In this document: positions 19,458 through 29,725 of the stretch, piece by piece
Numbering within the stretch: position 1 is the first letter of the stretch
How the letters are laid out: each line of letters begins with the position of its first letter
Virus record (IMG/VR): IMGVR_UViG_2639762884_000001
Origin: a virus
Taxonomy: Duplodnaviria > Heunggongvirae > Uroviricota > Caudoviricetes
Reading direction: 5' to 3' (one strand)
DNA length: 64,000 nucleotides
The notes under the pieces: generated by a model
The model's database searches: none
Told to the model about the DNA's origin: nothing
The model's input: only the letters and a program-made list of their open reading frames with translations
Made by a program: the position numbers and the translations under genes

Positions 19458-19492
19458 TTCGTAAGACATGCCAGACCTAATTAAACACCCCA

Positions 19493-19533
19493 GAAAACAA
19501 GTTGGTTAGCAGATGCAGTAAACAAGTTGTTTT
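19493..19533. promoter_or_regulatory. two class A half/full sites upstream of the small terminase gene
   Basis: gaaaacaagttgg (19493-19505) and gtaaacaagttgtttt (19518-19533). Confidence 0.5.
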
Positions 19534-19572
19534 AGAGCGCATGGACGCGCTCTGTGTGTTTTAGAGGGATCT

Positions 19573-20205
19573 ATGACGGTCGAAAAAGACGAGGTAAAAA
19601 CTCGCCTGACACCAGCGGAGTGGGCCGAAGCTGAAGCCAAATGGACGTCAGGCGAATATACACTCTCAAAGCTGGAGGAAGAGTACGGCATTCGTCGTGA
19701 AACACTCTCCAGACATTTCAAAAAGCGAGGATTAGAGAAAGGCGCGGACTCTGTTGGGAAGATGGTTCGTGAGTCTCTTAAATCTGACGCAGAGCTTCGC
19801 GCTAAAGCCCGTGCGGAAAAGATAGAAGAACGTCGTACACGTTATGACGGCTGGGCGTATGCGTTGGGGCAGATGGTGATGGTCGAAGTCACTACGGCCA
19901 AACGTGAGGGGAAGCCTTTAGGGGCGATTGAGGATTCTCTCAAGAGCTTACAGAGAGCCAGTAATACCCTTGCAAAATGCTTTGAAGTTTCGTCCAAAGC
20001 ATTGGGCATGGATCATGCGGAAAATGACGAGGAAGAAATTCCGAACCTGGTATTTGGTGAGCTTACGCCTTCCCAGGTGGCGAAATTACGTCAGGAAGAC
20101 GACGAGCCTGAAATCATCGATGACGAATTGCTTGAGACGTTGGAAGAAGAAGCTCTAAGCGAATTTGATGCGACAGATGATGGAAGTGAAGGGGAGGACG
20201 AATAA
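19573..20205 (+). CDS. terminase small subunit (putative)
   Basis: HTH-like N-terminus, basic middle, acidic C-terminus; directly precedes and overlaps the large terminase start. Confidence 0.65.
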   Translation: MTVEKDEVKTRLTPAEWAEAEAKWTSGEYTLSKLEEEYGIRRETLSRHFKKRGLEKGADSVGKMVRESLKSDAELRAKARAEKIEERRTRYDGWAYALGQMVMVEVTTAKREGKPLGAIEDSLKSLQRASNTLAKCFEVSSKALGMDHAENDEEEIPNLVFGELTPSQVAKLRQEDDEPEIIDDELLETLEEEALSEFDATDDGSEGEDE

Positions 20206-21461
20206 TGGCAATCCCGTCCTCGCTCAGTCTTGTGCAACTGCATTCTGGACAGATGAAAGTCTTCCAGTCTCCGCATCGATTTAAAGTTGTTTGTGCTGGT
20301 CGACGCTGGGGAAAATCCCGGTTGTCGATCTCCACTATTATTCGTGCGGCGGCAAAGGAAAAAAAGCAAAGGGTCTGGTATGTCGCTCCTACTTACCAGA
20401 TGGCTCGCCAGATTTTGTGGGACGATCTACAGGAAGTTCTGCCTCGTAAGTGGGTTAGGAAAAAGAACGACACCACGATGACAATCGTGTTGAAGAACGG
20501 TTCGGAGATCGCCCTCAAAGGTGCTGATAAGCCTGACACTCTACGCGGCGTAGCGTTGCATTTTGTAGTGCTTGATGAATTTCAGGATATGAAGGCTGAC
20601 ACCTGGTACAAGGTGTTACGACCTACTCTTTCATCGACACGCGGCGGTGCACTGATCATTGGTACGCCAAAAGGCTTCTCGGAATTTCACAAACTGTGGA
20701 CTATAGGCCAGAACGTAGAGCTGCAAAGAAAGGGACAGTGGAAGAGCTGGCAGTTTGTAACTGCCGATTCTCCGTTTGTGCCTACGGCGGAAATTGAAGC
20801 TGCTAAGAACGATATGGACCCGAAATCGTTCGCTCAGGAGTACCTGGCGAGCTTTGAGAACATGTCCGGGCGCGTTTACTACCCGTTCGATCGTAACGTG
20901 CATGTAAAACCGCTTCAGTTCAACCCTCGGTTGCCTATATGGGTAGGGCAGGACTTCAACATTGACCCGATGTCTTCCGTAATTTTGCAACCTCAGCCAA
21001 ATGGTGAGCTATGGGCAATTGATGAATTGGTGCTCTTTTCCTCTAACACGGCAGAGGTTTGTGATGAGCTTGAGAGACGCTTCTGGCGCTGGAAATCACA
21101 GATAACGGTATTTCCAGATCCGGCAGGTGCTTATCGCCAACATGCTCGCGGGGAGTCTGACGTCGACATATTCAAAGAGAAGGGATTCTTACGTGTCGAT
21201 TATTCGAAAAAGCACCCGCCAATTGCGGATCGTGTTAATGCTGTTAACCGAATGCTGATGACCGCATCTGGAGATATCCGGCTGTATATCGATCCGAAGT
21301 GCAAGCATTTGATTGATTCACTGGAAAAAGTCATCTACAAGCCTGGAACACGAGATATGGATAAGACAGGTGGCATTGAGCATAGTGCAGACGCATTGGG
21401 CTATCCAGTACATCGTAGGTATCCAGTCAAAAACCGTGTTATTCTTGGTGGTTCTCGATAG
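20205..21461 (+). CDS. terminase large subunit
   Basis: Walker A CAGRRWGKS, Walker B VLDEFQD, C-terminal nuclease-type acidic motifs (FPDPAG). Confidence 0.85.
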   Translation: MAIPSSLSLVQLHSGQMKVFQSPHRFKVVCAGRRWGKSRLSISTIIRAAAKEKKQRVWYVAPTYQMARQILWDDLQEVLPRKWVRKKNDTTMTIVLKNGSEIALKGADKPDTLRGVALHFVVLDEFQDMKADTWYKVLRPTLSSTRGGALIIGTPKGFSEFHKLWTIGQNVELQRKGQWKSWQFVTADSPFVPTAEIEAAKNDMDPKSFAQEYLASFENMSGRVYYPFDRNVHVKPLQFNPRLPIWVGQDFNIDPMSSVILQPQPNGELWAIDELVLFSSNTAEVCDELERRFWRWKSQITVFPDPAGAYRQHARGESDVDIFKEKGFLRVDYSKKHPPIADRVNAVNRMLMTASGDIRLYIDPKCKHLIDSLEKVIYKPGTRDMDKTGGIEHSADALGYPVHRRYPVKNRVILGGSR

Positions 21462-21478
21462 GTAAGTAATTATCTAAG
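21458..21478. promoter_or_regulatory. class B motif (ATAGGTAAGTAATTATCTAAG)
   Basis: Intergenic, 10 nt upstream of the portal ATG. Confidence 0.5.
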
Positions 21479-21487
21479 GTTATTCAA

Positions 21488-23062
21488 ATGGAATTGAACG
21501 ACAAACAAATTAAGGATCTGGTGGCGCGACGCCACCCGGAATACGAAAAGAAAAAAGAACATTGGGACTTCCTCGCCAGCACTTACGCTGGCGGGCGTGG
21601 TTGGTTTACAGACAATATCTTTCGTTACTTTAAAGAGGGAGATCAGGAGTTTAAGGAGCGAGTTGAACGTGCTTATCGCTTCAACCACACTCGTGAGGTG
21701 GTAAACCTCATCAACAAATATCTCTTTAAAGAAGACATTCATAGAAATATCGAAGAGGCACCAGAGCAGATCCGCAATTTCTGGAAACGTGCGACTCGCC
21801 AGAATGCCTCTATTGACTCATTTATGGCCGCTATTGATTTGCAGTCGTCTATTTACGGTCGCATATGGGTTGTTGTCGATAGCACGATGAGTGGTGATGT
21901 TGAGTCAGTAGCTGACGAGAAAAAGAAAGATGCTCGCGCCTACGCCTACTGGATTTCACCTCAGCAAATGCTGGATGTGGCATGGGACGACGACGGGAAT
22001 ATGTTATGGGCGTTAATTGTGGAAGTCGCTCGCGATGACGCAGATCCTTTTACTTCTACAGGTCAGGAATACCAACGTTATCGTCTGTGGACACAAAACG
22101 AGTGGTATCTGTTCCGTGAGGAAGTGAAGAAGGGCGCTGGTGGAGCAGGTCGCCGTCAGGCAAAAGTTATTTTAGAGGATAGCGGTGAGCATAATCTCGG
22201 CGTAGTTCCTGTGTTTCCTGTTGATTGTATTGGAGAAAGTGAATCACCGTATTTCAGCCCATCGTTGATCGATGATATCGCTTATCTTGATCGTGCGGTT
22301 GCAAACTATCTGTCAAACCTTGATGCCATTATTCAGGATCAGACATTTAGCCAGTTGGCTATACCAGTACAGTCGCTTTTACCTGGTGATGAAAACCACA
22401 CTAAAGTGCTTGAAATGGGCACAAAGCGAGTATTCACCTACGATTCTGAAGGTGGAAACCAGCCGTTTTATCTGTCACCAGACCCGAAACAAGCTCAGAT
22501 GATCATCACTACGATTAAGACGGTGATTAACGAAATCTACCATTCAGTTGGTGTAGCTGGTGAGCGAACGAAGCAGGACAACGCACAGGGAATCGATAAC
22601 TCATCTGGTGCCGCAAAAATGTATGACTTCCAGCGTGTAAATAGCTTGCTTGTCACAAAAGCAGAGCGTCTGGAAAGGGCTGAACGCCAAATCATGCTAC
22701 TGGTTGCGAAATGGATGGGGGTAGATCTGGACGAAGACCACTCTTTAATTGCGTATCCAGAAAGTTTCGATATTCGTGGCCTTACTGATGAATTTTCTGT
22801 TGCCGAGAAACTGTCATTACTTCAGGCACCGGACTCTGTACGTCGTCACCAGATGGAAATGCTTATTGAGAAGATTTTCCCGAACATTACTGAGGCGATG
22901 AAAAAGGAATTTGATAAAGATCTCTTGAATTTTCCTCCAAAAAATGATCTAAATACCCTTGAAAATAAGTCAGTACTTACTTATGATCGTGGTGCAGCCC
23001 AAGAAAGCGGGCAAGATCAACCCCGAGGGAATGGGGACTCATCTACTCAAGAGAACGAGTGA
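21488..23062 (+). CDS. portal protein
   Basis: 524-aa protein directly after the large terminase; size, position and acidic C-terminus typical of portals. Confidence 0.75.
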   Translation: MELNDKQIKDLVARRHPEYEKKKEHWDFLASTYAGGRGWFTDNIFRYFKEGDQEFKERVERAYRFNHTREVVNLINKYLFKEDIHRNIEEAPEQIRNFWKRATRQNASIDSFMAAIDLQSSIYGRIWVVVDSTMSGDVESVADEKKKDARAYAYWISPQQMLDVAWDDDGNMLWALIVEVARDDADPFTSTGQEYQRYRLWTQNEWYLFREEVKKGAGGAGRRQAKVILEDSGEHNLGVVPVFPVDCIGESESPYFSPSLIDDIAYLDRAVANYLSNLDAIIQDQTFSQLAIPVQSLLPGDENHTKVLEMGTKRVFTYDSEGGNQPFYLSPDPKQAQMIITTIKTVINEIYHSVGVAGERTKQDNAQGIDNSSGAAKMYDFQRVNSLLVTKAERLERAERQIMLLVAKWMGVDLDEDHSLIAYPESFDIRGLTDEFSVAEKLSLLQAPDSVRRHQMEMLIEKIFPNITEAMKKEFDKDLLNFPPKNDLNTLENKSVLTYDRGAAQESGQDQPRGNGDSSTQENE

Positions 23063-23083
23063 TAAGTAACAAAAGGAATTTTT

Positions 23084-23971
23084 ATGAATCTGTGGCAAAT
23101 GCTTTTGGCCCGTCGTGGTCTGATGGATGTCGCTGAAGCGCATGAGCGTGGAGGCGCTGGCGGTGTAGCTGCTGATAATGAGCAGAGTACACAAGATCCT
23201 GACAAACAGGGTGAACAAAAAGAGCAGCCGAAGGGCGATGACGAATACGCTGGCATGACTCAGGAAGAGTTACTGGCCGAACTTCGTAAAACCAAGAAAG
23301 CTGGTGCTGAACTGCTGAAGGAGAACATGAAGCGCAAAGAGAAAGAGCGCACATTGGCCGATCAGCTTGCTCAGTACGGTGATATCGATCCGGCTCGTGC
23401 TCGCCAGCTTTTAGAAGCTGAACAGGCCGCAGAAAACGCACGTCGTGAGGCGGAGCAAGCTGAACTGGAGCGTCGTGGTGAGTTCGATGCTGTTAAAAAA
23501 CAGATGATCGAAGCACACCAGGCAGAGCTGGCACAGCGTGACGAACGTTATGCAGCACTGGAAAGTGAAAACGCATCACTGAAATCTCAATTAGTCGAGA
23601 TGACCGTGGGCGCTTCCTTCAGTAACTCTCTCTTCCTACGTGACAAAGTTCTGATGACCCCGGCAAAAGCCCGCGTGATCTACGGTTCTCATTTTGAAGT
23701 GGGTGAAGACGGTAGCGTAGTGGGTTATGACAAACCGGCAGGTCACAAAGAACGAGCTGTTCTGGTTGACGGTGAAGGTAAGCCGTTGCCGTTTGAATCC
23801 GCGATTGAACGCATTGTGCGGGCAGATCCGGAAGCTGACGCATTGATGCGTAGCGAAGCCAAGCAGGGTGTAGGCTCACATTCCAAATCGACCTACACAA
23901 TATCCCAACCGAAGAACAAGTCGACTATGGATAAGTTGGCCTCCGGTCTGGGGAAAATTGGACTTAAGTAA
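23084..23971 (+). CDS. head scaffolding protein (putative)
   Basis: Charged, Ala/Glu/Gln-rich predicted coiled coil between portal and capsid genes. Confidence 0.6.
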   Translation: MNLWQMLLARRGLMDVAEAHERGGAGGVAADNEQSTQDPDKQGEQKEQPKGDDEYAGMTQEELLAELRKTKKAGAELLKENMKRKEKERTLADQLAQYGDIDPARARQLLEAEQAAENARREAEQAELERRGEFDAVKKQMIEAHQAELAQRDERYAALESENASLKSQLVEMTVGASFSNSLFLRDKVLMTPAKARVIYGSHFEVGEDGSVVGYDKPAGHKERAVLVDGEGKPLPFESAIERIVRADPEADALMRSEAKQGVGSHSKSTYTISQPKNKSTMDKLASGLGKIGLK

Positions 23972-23996
23972 CATCTAAATCAAAGGGAATTGATAG

Positions 23997-24872
23997 ATGC
24001 CATTACTGCGTGAAGAAGCTGAAAAGCTGTCTAACAACGAACTTGAACAGGGTGTGATCGAAACTATCATCGATCGCGATGACCTGTTTGCCATCCTGCC
24101 TTTTATGAAAATTAATTCAAAGGCATATCTGTACAACCGTGAAAAAACGCTGAGTGAAGCTACCTTCATCGACGTTAACGACACCATCCCTGAAGGTGCA
24201 GCAACCTTCGAAGAATGCGTTGCGAAACTGCGTATTCTGGCTGGTGACGTAGACGTTGATAAATTCCTGGCGACCACTATGGCCGACACCAACAACCAGT
24301 TGGCTATTCAGGTTCGTCAGAAAGTTAAAGGTCTGGCTCGTGCGTTCCGTCGCAACCTGATTTTGGGTGACTCCAGCTCCAACAACAAGGCGTTTGACGG
24401 CATTCCACGCCTGATGCACGCAGATCAGAAGATCGATATCGCCGGTGCATCTATGACTTTCTCTATGTTCGACGAACTGGTCGATGCGGTGAAAGATCTT
24501 GGTGCTGACTGCATCATGATGCGTTCAGAGCACCTGCGTGCTTATCGTGCGCTGCTGCGTACAGTAAACGTAGGTCCGTCTGAAATCATGATGGAGAACT
24601 TTGGTCGTCCGATGCTGTGTCATAACGGCGTTCCGTTCATCATCAACGACTTCATCCCGACCGATGCTGGCAAAGCAAGCATCTACTGCCTGCATCTGTC
24701 AGAAGAGAACGGCGTTACTGGTCTGTATGGCGGCGATAACGCAGGTATCGTTGTTGAAAACATTGGTACTGTACAGAACAAAGACGCAGTACGTACCCGT
24801 GTGAAGTGGTACTGCTCTCTGGCGAATAAGCATGATAAGGCTATCGCTGCACTGACCAATGTAAAAATTTAA
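23997..24872 (+). CDS. major capsid protein (putative)
   Basis: 291-aa ORF after the scaffold, followed by a strong terminator; call is by position and size. Confidence 0.65.
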   Translation: MPLLREEAEKLSNNELEQGVIETIIDRDDLFAILPFMKINSKAYLYNREKTLSEATFIDVNDTIPEGAATFEECVAKLRILAGDVDVDKFLATTMADTNNQLAIQVRQKVKGLARAFRRNLILGDSSSNNKAFDGIPRLMHADQKIDIAGASMTFSMFDELVDAVKDLGADCIMMRSEHLRAYRALLRTVNVGPSEIMMENFGRPMLCHNGVPFIINDFIPTDAGKASIYCLHLSEENGVTGLYGGDNAGIVVENIGTVQNKDAVRTRVKWYCSLANKHDKAIAALTNVKI

Positions 24873-24883
24873 TCAGTGTAGTA

Positions 24884-24899
24884 GATAAGTAGTTATCTA
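24884..24899. promoter_or_regulatory. class B-related palindrome (AGATAAGTAGTTATCT)
   Basis: Between the capsid stop and its terminator. Confidence 0.4.
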
Positions 24900-24906
24900 T
24901 GTTAAA

Positions 24907-24932
24907 GGGTGGGCTATACGCCCACCCTTTTT
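24907..24932 (+). terminator. Rho-independent terminator
   Basis: GGGTGGGC-TATAC-GCCCACCC followed by TTTTT. Confidence 0.85.
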
Positions 24933-24945
24933 GTAGGAGCGAGAA

Positions 24946-25866
24946 ATGCCAGAACAAAAGATGAAGATTACGGAAGAGGCATTTTCGGATTTTACGGGGC
25001 ATATGTGCCGTGCCGGATTTACCAATTCTATCTCCGATGAACCTTTAACCGAGCGGCAACAAAGTCAGCTATCTGCTTGTTTGCAGGCGGTTCCCCTCTC
25101 CCAATCCGTAAACATAACCCCGGCTTCACCGTCAGTTTTGGTTGGGAAAACTGTTCAACTTAGTGCAGGTATTAGTATGGGTAAGAGTGCCAGTTCATTC
25201 ACCTGGAAGTCAGCAAATGACCAAATTGCAACCGTTAACGGCACTGGATTAGTAACTGGCGTAGCACCAGGCAAAGTAAAAATTACTGCAACTGATCAGG
25301 AAACCCAGCTTTCCGCTTCAGTGGAAGTCACCGTAAATCCGGTAGCCGTTCAATCCGTAACGGTAACGCCAGAATCAACGTCTGTTGAGAAAGGGAAATC
25401 AGTCAGTCTGAAAGCGAATGTTCAGCCGTCAAATGCGACGAATAAGGCTGTTACCTGGTCTTCCAAAAATGAAGATAAGGCAACGGTAGACCAGAGCGGG
25501 AACGTTACTGGTGTAGAAGTTGGCACTGCGACGATTGAGATCGTTTCCCAAGATGGCAGCAAAAAGGCAACTGCAACGGTGGAAGTAACTGCGCCTGTTG
25601 TGGCTGTTACCGGCGTCGAAATCGACCCAAATAGCACAACCGTTGAGGCAAACAAAACTGTTCAGCTGACCGCAAATGTCGAGCCGGCAGGAGCAACAAA
25701 TAAAACCGTTACTTGGGAATCCAAAAATACCGAGTTTGCAACGGTGGATAGCGAAACCGGTGTTGTAACTGGCGTTGCGGCTGGTACTGCCACAATCGAG
25801 GTTACTACCCAAGATGGTAGCCACAAAGCGACAGCGACCGTAGAAGTCACTGCTGCACAGGAATAA
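24946..25866 (+). CDS. Ig-like (BIG2-type) repeat protein, probable capsid decoration
   Basis: Three tandem roughly 90-aa segments (...ATVD..G.VTGV..G.A.I...) typical of bacterial Ig-like group 2 domains. Confidence 0.6.
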   Translation: MPEQKMKITEEAFSDFTGHMCRAGFTNSISDEPLTERQQSQLSACLQAVPLSQSVNITPASPSVLVGKTVQLSAGISMGKSASSFTWKSANDQIATVNGTGLVTGVAPGKVKITATDQETQLSASVEVTVNPVAVQSVTVTPESTSVEKGKSVSLKANVQPSNATNKAVTWSSKNEDKATVDQSGNVTGVEVGTATIEIVSQDGSKKATATVEVTAPVVAVTGVEIDPNSTTVEANKTVQLTANVEPAGATNKTVTWESKNTEFATVDSETGVVTGVAAGTATIEVTTQDGSHKATATVEVTAAQE

Positions 25867-25910
25867 TCAATATTGGGCGGCGAAAGCCGCCCATGTAGAG
25901 AGAAAGCGTT

Positions 25911-26345
25911 ATGAAACCAGCAAAAATTGTTTTATTAGAACCGCAATTTTCCGGTTATTCGGGAATGCTGTGTGGCGTTCAGTTCGAGAACGGGGTATCC
26001 GTAGCGGAGTTGCCTTTTATCGATCAGCAGAGGATTTGTGCTTCAATGCGAGCGTCAACAGTAGAGGGCAAAAATGTTTCTCCGTCTGCCGCATACAGTG
26101 ATCGTGGTGAATTGACAGCAGACCTGATTACCGAGCCAGCAGCGCCTGACATTGTGCCAATGAAACGTGGGACACCAGATGAACCGGCCAAACAGATCCA
26201 GACTTTCACACGAGAAGAGCTGGAGTCAATTGCAGACAACGAAGGTATTGCCGGTCTACGTGTGATTGGTAATCAGGTTGGTGTCAAAGCGAAAGGAATT
26301 GTCGAAATGATTGACGGCATCCTGAAAGCACAAGGCGGTGAGTAA
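25911..26345 (+). CDS. hypothetical virion morphogenesis protein
   Basis: ORF within the head/neck gene block; function by position only. Confidence 0.4.
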   Translation: MKPAKIVLLEPQFSGYSGMLCGVQFENGVSVAELPFIDQQRICASMRASTVEGKNVSPSAAYSDRGELTADLITEPAAPDIVPMKRGTPDEPAKQIQTFTREELESIADNEGIAGLRVIGNQVGVKAKGIVEMIDGILKAQGGE

Positions 26346-27178
26346 TGGCGCAGATCGACTCGTATCGTAGCGGTGAAGCTGTTTCTCTTTCATTTGCCTT
26401 CAACGTGCTGGATATCGAATCTGCCACCTACACAGTAAAGGACAGCACCGGGGCTATTCTCGTTGATGGCGAGCCGCTAGAAATTACCAGCGGTCAAATG
26501 TCGATTCCGGTTGTCGTGTCGGCTGAATATAACCAGCTCTCTGAGAAAGAGCGAGATCTGCGGTACGTCATTGTGAAGGCTGTTGCATCGGGTCTGACGC
26601 ATGAAGAGCGGCAAATGTATGTTCTGCTGAATAGTTTTGAACTGTCGATACCAGAACAGTCGTTTGCAACTGTCGCTGATGCTCAAATGCAGGCGATCGA
26701 TATGCTGAATGGGGACACTTTGCTGTCGGATGGTGAAGGCTTAATGCGCAAGCGTCTCATTGAGGCTACCAGACGAATTAAAACTTTACCGTTCTCAATC
26801 CGCAAAATTCTACGTATCGACTTTGACCGATACGATCGCCCTCAAAATATGCTGAATGTGTATGACATTCCGTGGGGAGCAGATGGAGCGTACCGGCATG
26901 ATTTAGTCGATTGGGAAAAGATGACGCAGGAGAAGTTTGAAGAGTTCCCTGACTACTTCAAAGAAGCGTTGATGCTTGCCGTTGTCAACGAAGCGTGTGA
27001 GATCGCAAATGGCAATGATGTAGCCGCAGCACGAGAGGATGGCATTTTGTCAGAGTCCATCGGTGAAACAACCAACATGTACCGTACCGGTAAAGCTGCA
27101 AACGTGCATGTGGCTCGTAGTACCTGGCGCTTGCTGGTCAGTTACATCAACAACCGTATGATTGTTCGCCGTGCGTAA
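26345..27178 (+). CDS. hypothetical virion morphogenesis protein
   Basis: ORF overlapping the upstream stop (ATGG), typical translational coupling. Confidence 0.4.
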   Translation: MAQIDSYRSGEAVSLSFAFNVLDIESATYTVKDSTGAILVDGEPLEITSGQMSIPVVVSAEYNQLSEKERDLRYVIVKAVASGLTHEERQMYVLLNSFELSIPEQSFATVADAQMQAIDMLNGDTLLSDGEGLMRKRLIEATRRIKTLPFSIRKILRIDFDRYDRPQNMLNVYDIPWGADGAYRHDLVDWEKMTQEKFEEFPDYFKEALMLAVVNEACEIANGNDVAAAREDGILSESIGETTNMYRTGKAANVHVARSTWRLLVSYINNRMIVRRA

Positions 27179-27257
27179 CGCCAGTCGCATTATTTACTTT
27201 TGGTCTAAAGGGTTTTTGGTCAGTAATGAGAGCGACCGACAACAACAGGGAGAGAGC

Positions 27258-27602
27258 ATGAATATTTCATGGCAAACAGAAATTGCGATCTACCGCTTTG
27301 GCGCAAAGAACGTTTACGGGGAGGCGCAATTACAATTCGTCAGGAAGACGAATGTCGGCGTGGTTAAGTTCGAACAGAGTAATGAGAAATCGTCAGTTCG
27401 TGCTGATAGCTCTGGTAGTCGTGGTAAGGCGAGTCTGGAGCTGTTTGATGCTGTGTTAGTTGTCCCTTTAGAAGCGGCTGTACAACTTGATGATGTACTG
27501 ATCCTTGAAGGTCAAAAATTAAAGGTGTCCAGTGTTCATCGCCGCTGGGGGCTACGAGGAAGACCTGGGCATCTTGAAGTAGGGGCGAATATATGGGTCT
27601 GA
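27258..27602 (+). CDS. hypothetical head-tail connector-region protein
   Basis: ATG at 27258 with GGGAGAGAGC RBS; the track ORF extends upstream from 27162. Confidence 0.4.
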   Translation: MNISWQTEIAIYRFGAKNVYGEAQLQFVRKTNVGVVKFEQSNEKSSVRADSSGSRGKASLELFDAVLVVPLEAAVQLDDVLILEGQKLKVSSVHRRWGLRGRPGHLEVGANIWV

Positions 27603-28066
27603 AATACGATGCGCATCAGTTCAAACGTGCGGGGAATCGACTCAACAACAGCCAGAAAGCATTTAAGCGATATCTTATTCGGGACATGGAAAAGCTGGCG
27701 CGTTTGGTTGAGCGTCTCAGCCGTGCAATGGCCCCGCTGGAAACCGGATCTCTGGAGACAGCCATCTTTGCCAGGGTGATTAAAGAAGGTTATTCAGGGC
27801 TGCGCATTGAGCTTTCTGTGTCTGGAGCAAAACCACGTCAGGGGCATCCGGGCGTAGAAGTAGGTGACTATGCTAAGTACATGGAGCTGGGTAAATACCG
27901 ACTCGGTTATCTTTCTCGAATGAAGAACGTGACAAACCCACCAATTGCCGGTGTTAAACCTCGTGTTGGGCCGCACTTTCTGGAAAGAGCGGTGGAAATT
28001 AGCGAGAAGCAGTTCTCAGAAGCGATTCTTGAGGCTGCCAGAAAAGCCGGTTTTACGAGAGGTTAA
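27593..28066 (+). CDS. hypothetical head-tail joining-region protein
   Basis: ORF overlapping neighbours in the neck module. Confidence 0.4.
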   Translation: MGLKYDAHQFKRAGNRLNNSQKAFKRYLIRDMEKLARLVERLSRAMAPLETGSLETAIFARVIKEGYSGLRIELSVSGAKPRQGHPGVEVGDYAKYMELGKYRLGYLSRMKNVTNPPIAGVKPRVGPHFLERAVEISEKQFSEAILEAARKAGFTRG

Positions 28067-28067
28067 T

Positions 28068-28451
28068 GTGTTTATTGAAGCGTTTGCAAGTTTGATGCAG
28101 AAGGCAAAGATTGGCACGGTCGGGACTGACATTTTCTGTCACTACTTGCCTGCCAATGTGAAATCTGGCGTCCTGCTTATTAACCCAAATACCGGTATCA
28201 GCATCGATCATGAGCTACAGGGCTTTTATCACGAATCATTCACAATCATTGTGCGTGGTTCGTCAATTACTACGACGGTTGAGAAAGCCAATAAAATCAT
28301 TGAGATGTTTCCAGTAGAGGAAACGGAATCTGGTGGTGTTTATTTTCGACTTGTACGACCGATGGCGATGCCAATCATTTATCCCAAAAATGATGGGGCA
28401 TTAATAGAAGCAGGCATTCCTGTTGAATTTGCTGGCTATTTATTGAATTAA
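28068..28451 (+). CDS. hypothetical tail completion-region protein
   Basis: GTG at 28068 preceded by GAGAGG; the track ORF from 27945 overlaps the previous gene. Confidence 0.4.
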   Translation: MFIEAFASLMQKAKIGTVGTDIFCHYLPANVKSGVLLINPNTGISIDHELQGFYHESFTIIVRGSSITTTVEKANKIIEMFPVEETESGGVYFRLVRPMAMPIIYPKNDGALIEAGIPVEFAGYLLN

Positions 28452-28455
28452 GTTA

Positions 28456-28476
28456 ATCGGTAAGTATATACTTACT
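28456..28476. promoter_or_regulatory. class B motif (ATCGGTAAGTATATACTTAC)
   Basis: Upstream of the tail tube gene; perfect TAAGTA-TA-TACTTA. Confidence 0.5.
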
Positions 28477-28525
28477 ATTAGCGCAATGAATGCGTAGAAT
28501 TAACGGAAAAAGGAGTTTTCCATCA

Positions 28526-29272
28526 ATGTCTAATACCCATGTAAAAAACATCAAACTTGGTGCCTGTAAGGTGTCGTTTGGTGGTGTGGATTTGGGTTAC
28601 ACCAAAGGTGGTGTTCAGGTTGAAGTAGCCACTGAAACGCTGAAAGTCACCGTCGATCAGTTGGGGCAGACCGTAATTTCCGAATTAGTTCAGGGGCGCA
28701 ACATTACCATCACCGCGCCTCTGGCTGAGTCTGTACTCCAAAACATGGTTGACCTGATGCCTGGTTCTACTCTGAGCGAAGATGACAACTCTGTCACGAT
28801 CACATCTGCACAGGGCGTTAACCTGATTGATGTGGCGAAGGAGCTGGTTCTGACTCCGCAGGACACCACCGACTATGTGTTGACCATCCCGAAAGCGGCA
28901 ACCGCGGGCAACTTCACTATGACCTACCAGTCTGATGATGTTCGTGTGTTCTCTGTTCAGTTCAGCGCATACCCGGATGATGAAGGCGTTCTGGGCAAAA
29001 TGAGCGGTCCTAAACCGGTAAAAACTGTGTCGATCTCACCGGAATCTCCAACCGTAAAAGCTGGAGAAACTGTGCAACTGACAGCCGAAATCACTCCAGC
29101 TGATGCCGCAGACAAAACCGGTGTTTGGGAATCCGAAGACCAGGAAAAGGCCACGGTAGATCAAACGGGTCTGGTACGTGGTGTGGCGCAGGGTTCTACA
29201 AATATCTCCTTCACCAGCAATAGCGGTGGTAAGAAGGCAACTAAGTCAGTAACGATTAACCCCGCAGATTAA
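28526..29272 (+). CDS. major tail (tube) protein with C-terminal Ig-like domain
   Basis: ATG at 28526 with AGGAG RBS; C-terminal 80 aa resemble the BIG2-type repeats of 24946..25866, analogous to the Ig-like C-terminus of lambda gpV. Confidence 0.7.
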   Translation: MSNTHVKNIKLGACKVSFGGVDLGYTKGGVQVEVATETLKVTVDQLGQTVISELVQGRNITITAPLAESVLQNMVDLMPGSTLSEDDNSVTITSAQGVNLIDVAKELVLTPQDTTDYVLTIPKAATAGNFTMTYQSDDVRVFSVQFSAYPDDEGVLGKMSGPKPVKTVSISPESPTVKAGETVQLTAEITPADAADKTGVWESEDQEKATVDQTGLVRGVAQGSTNISFTSNSGGKKATKSVTINPAD

Positions 29273-29327
29273 TCAGTAATTAAGCAGAGGCTCAGGATGG
29301 GCCTCTCTTTTAAAAGGATTTTAACCA

Positions 29328-29645
29328 ATGACCAAATTACTCGATCTCGATTCCATTCTGCCTCCGAAGAAAAGCATCAAATTTGGCGGTCAGGAATATC
29401 CCATCGTTGAAATGACGGTAGGTCTGTTCGTTTCCATCAAGCAGATGGAAGGTAAAGATCTCATGAACATGTCTCCTGTTGAGCAAGTGACAGCTTATGC
29501 AGATCTGGTTCGTAAGGTTATCCCTTCAGTACCTGACGAAGTTCTTGAAAAACTGACTGTTCCGCAACTCCAGCAGATCTTCACCTTCGCTATGGAAGTG
29601 ATTGATGAAGAAAACGAAAAAGCGGCTGGCGAAGGGGCAAAGTAA
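29328..29645 (+). CDS. tail assembly chaperone (gpG-like, putative)
   Basis: Small acidic protein between tube and tape-measure genes. Confidence 0.5.
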   Translation: MTKLLDLDSILPPKKSIKFGGQEYPIVEMTVGLFVSIKQMEGKDLMNMSPVEQVTAYADLVRKVIPSVPDEVLEKLTVPQLQQIFTFAMEVIDEENEKAAGEGAK

Positions 29646-29725
29646 TTTCCCGCGATGAATCCGGGACAAGGACCGTCTCAATAGATCTCGGATTCTATTT
29701 CAGTCGTGTAGTTGCTCACTACGCC

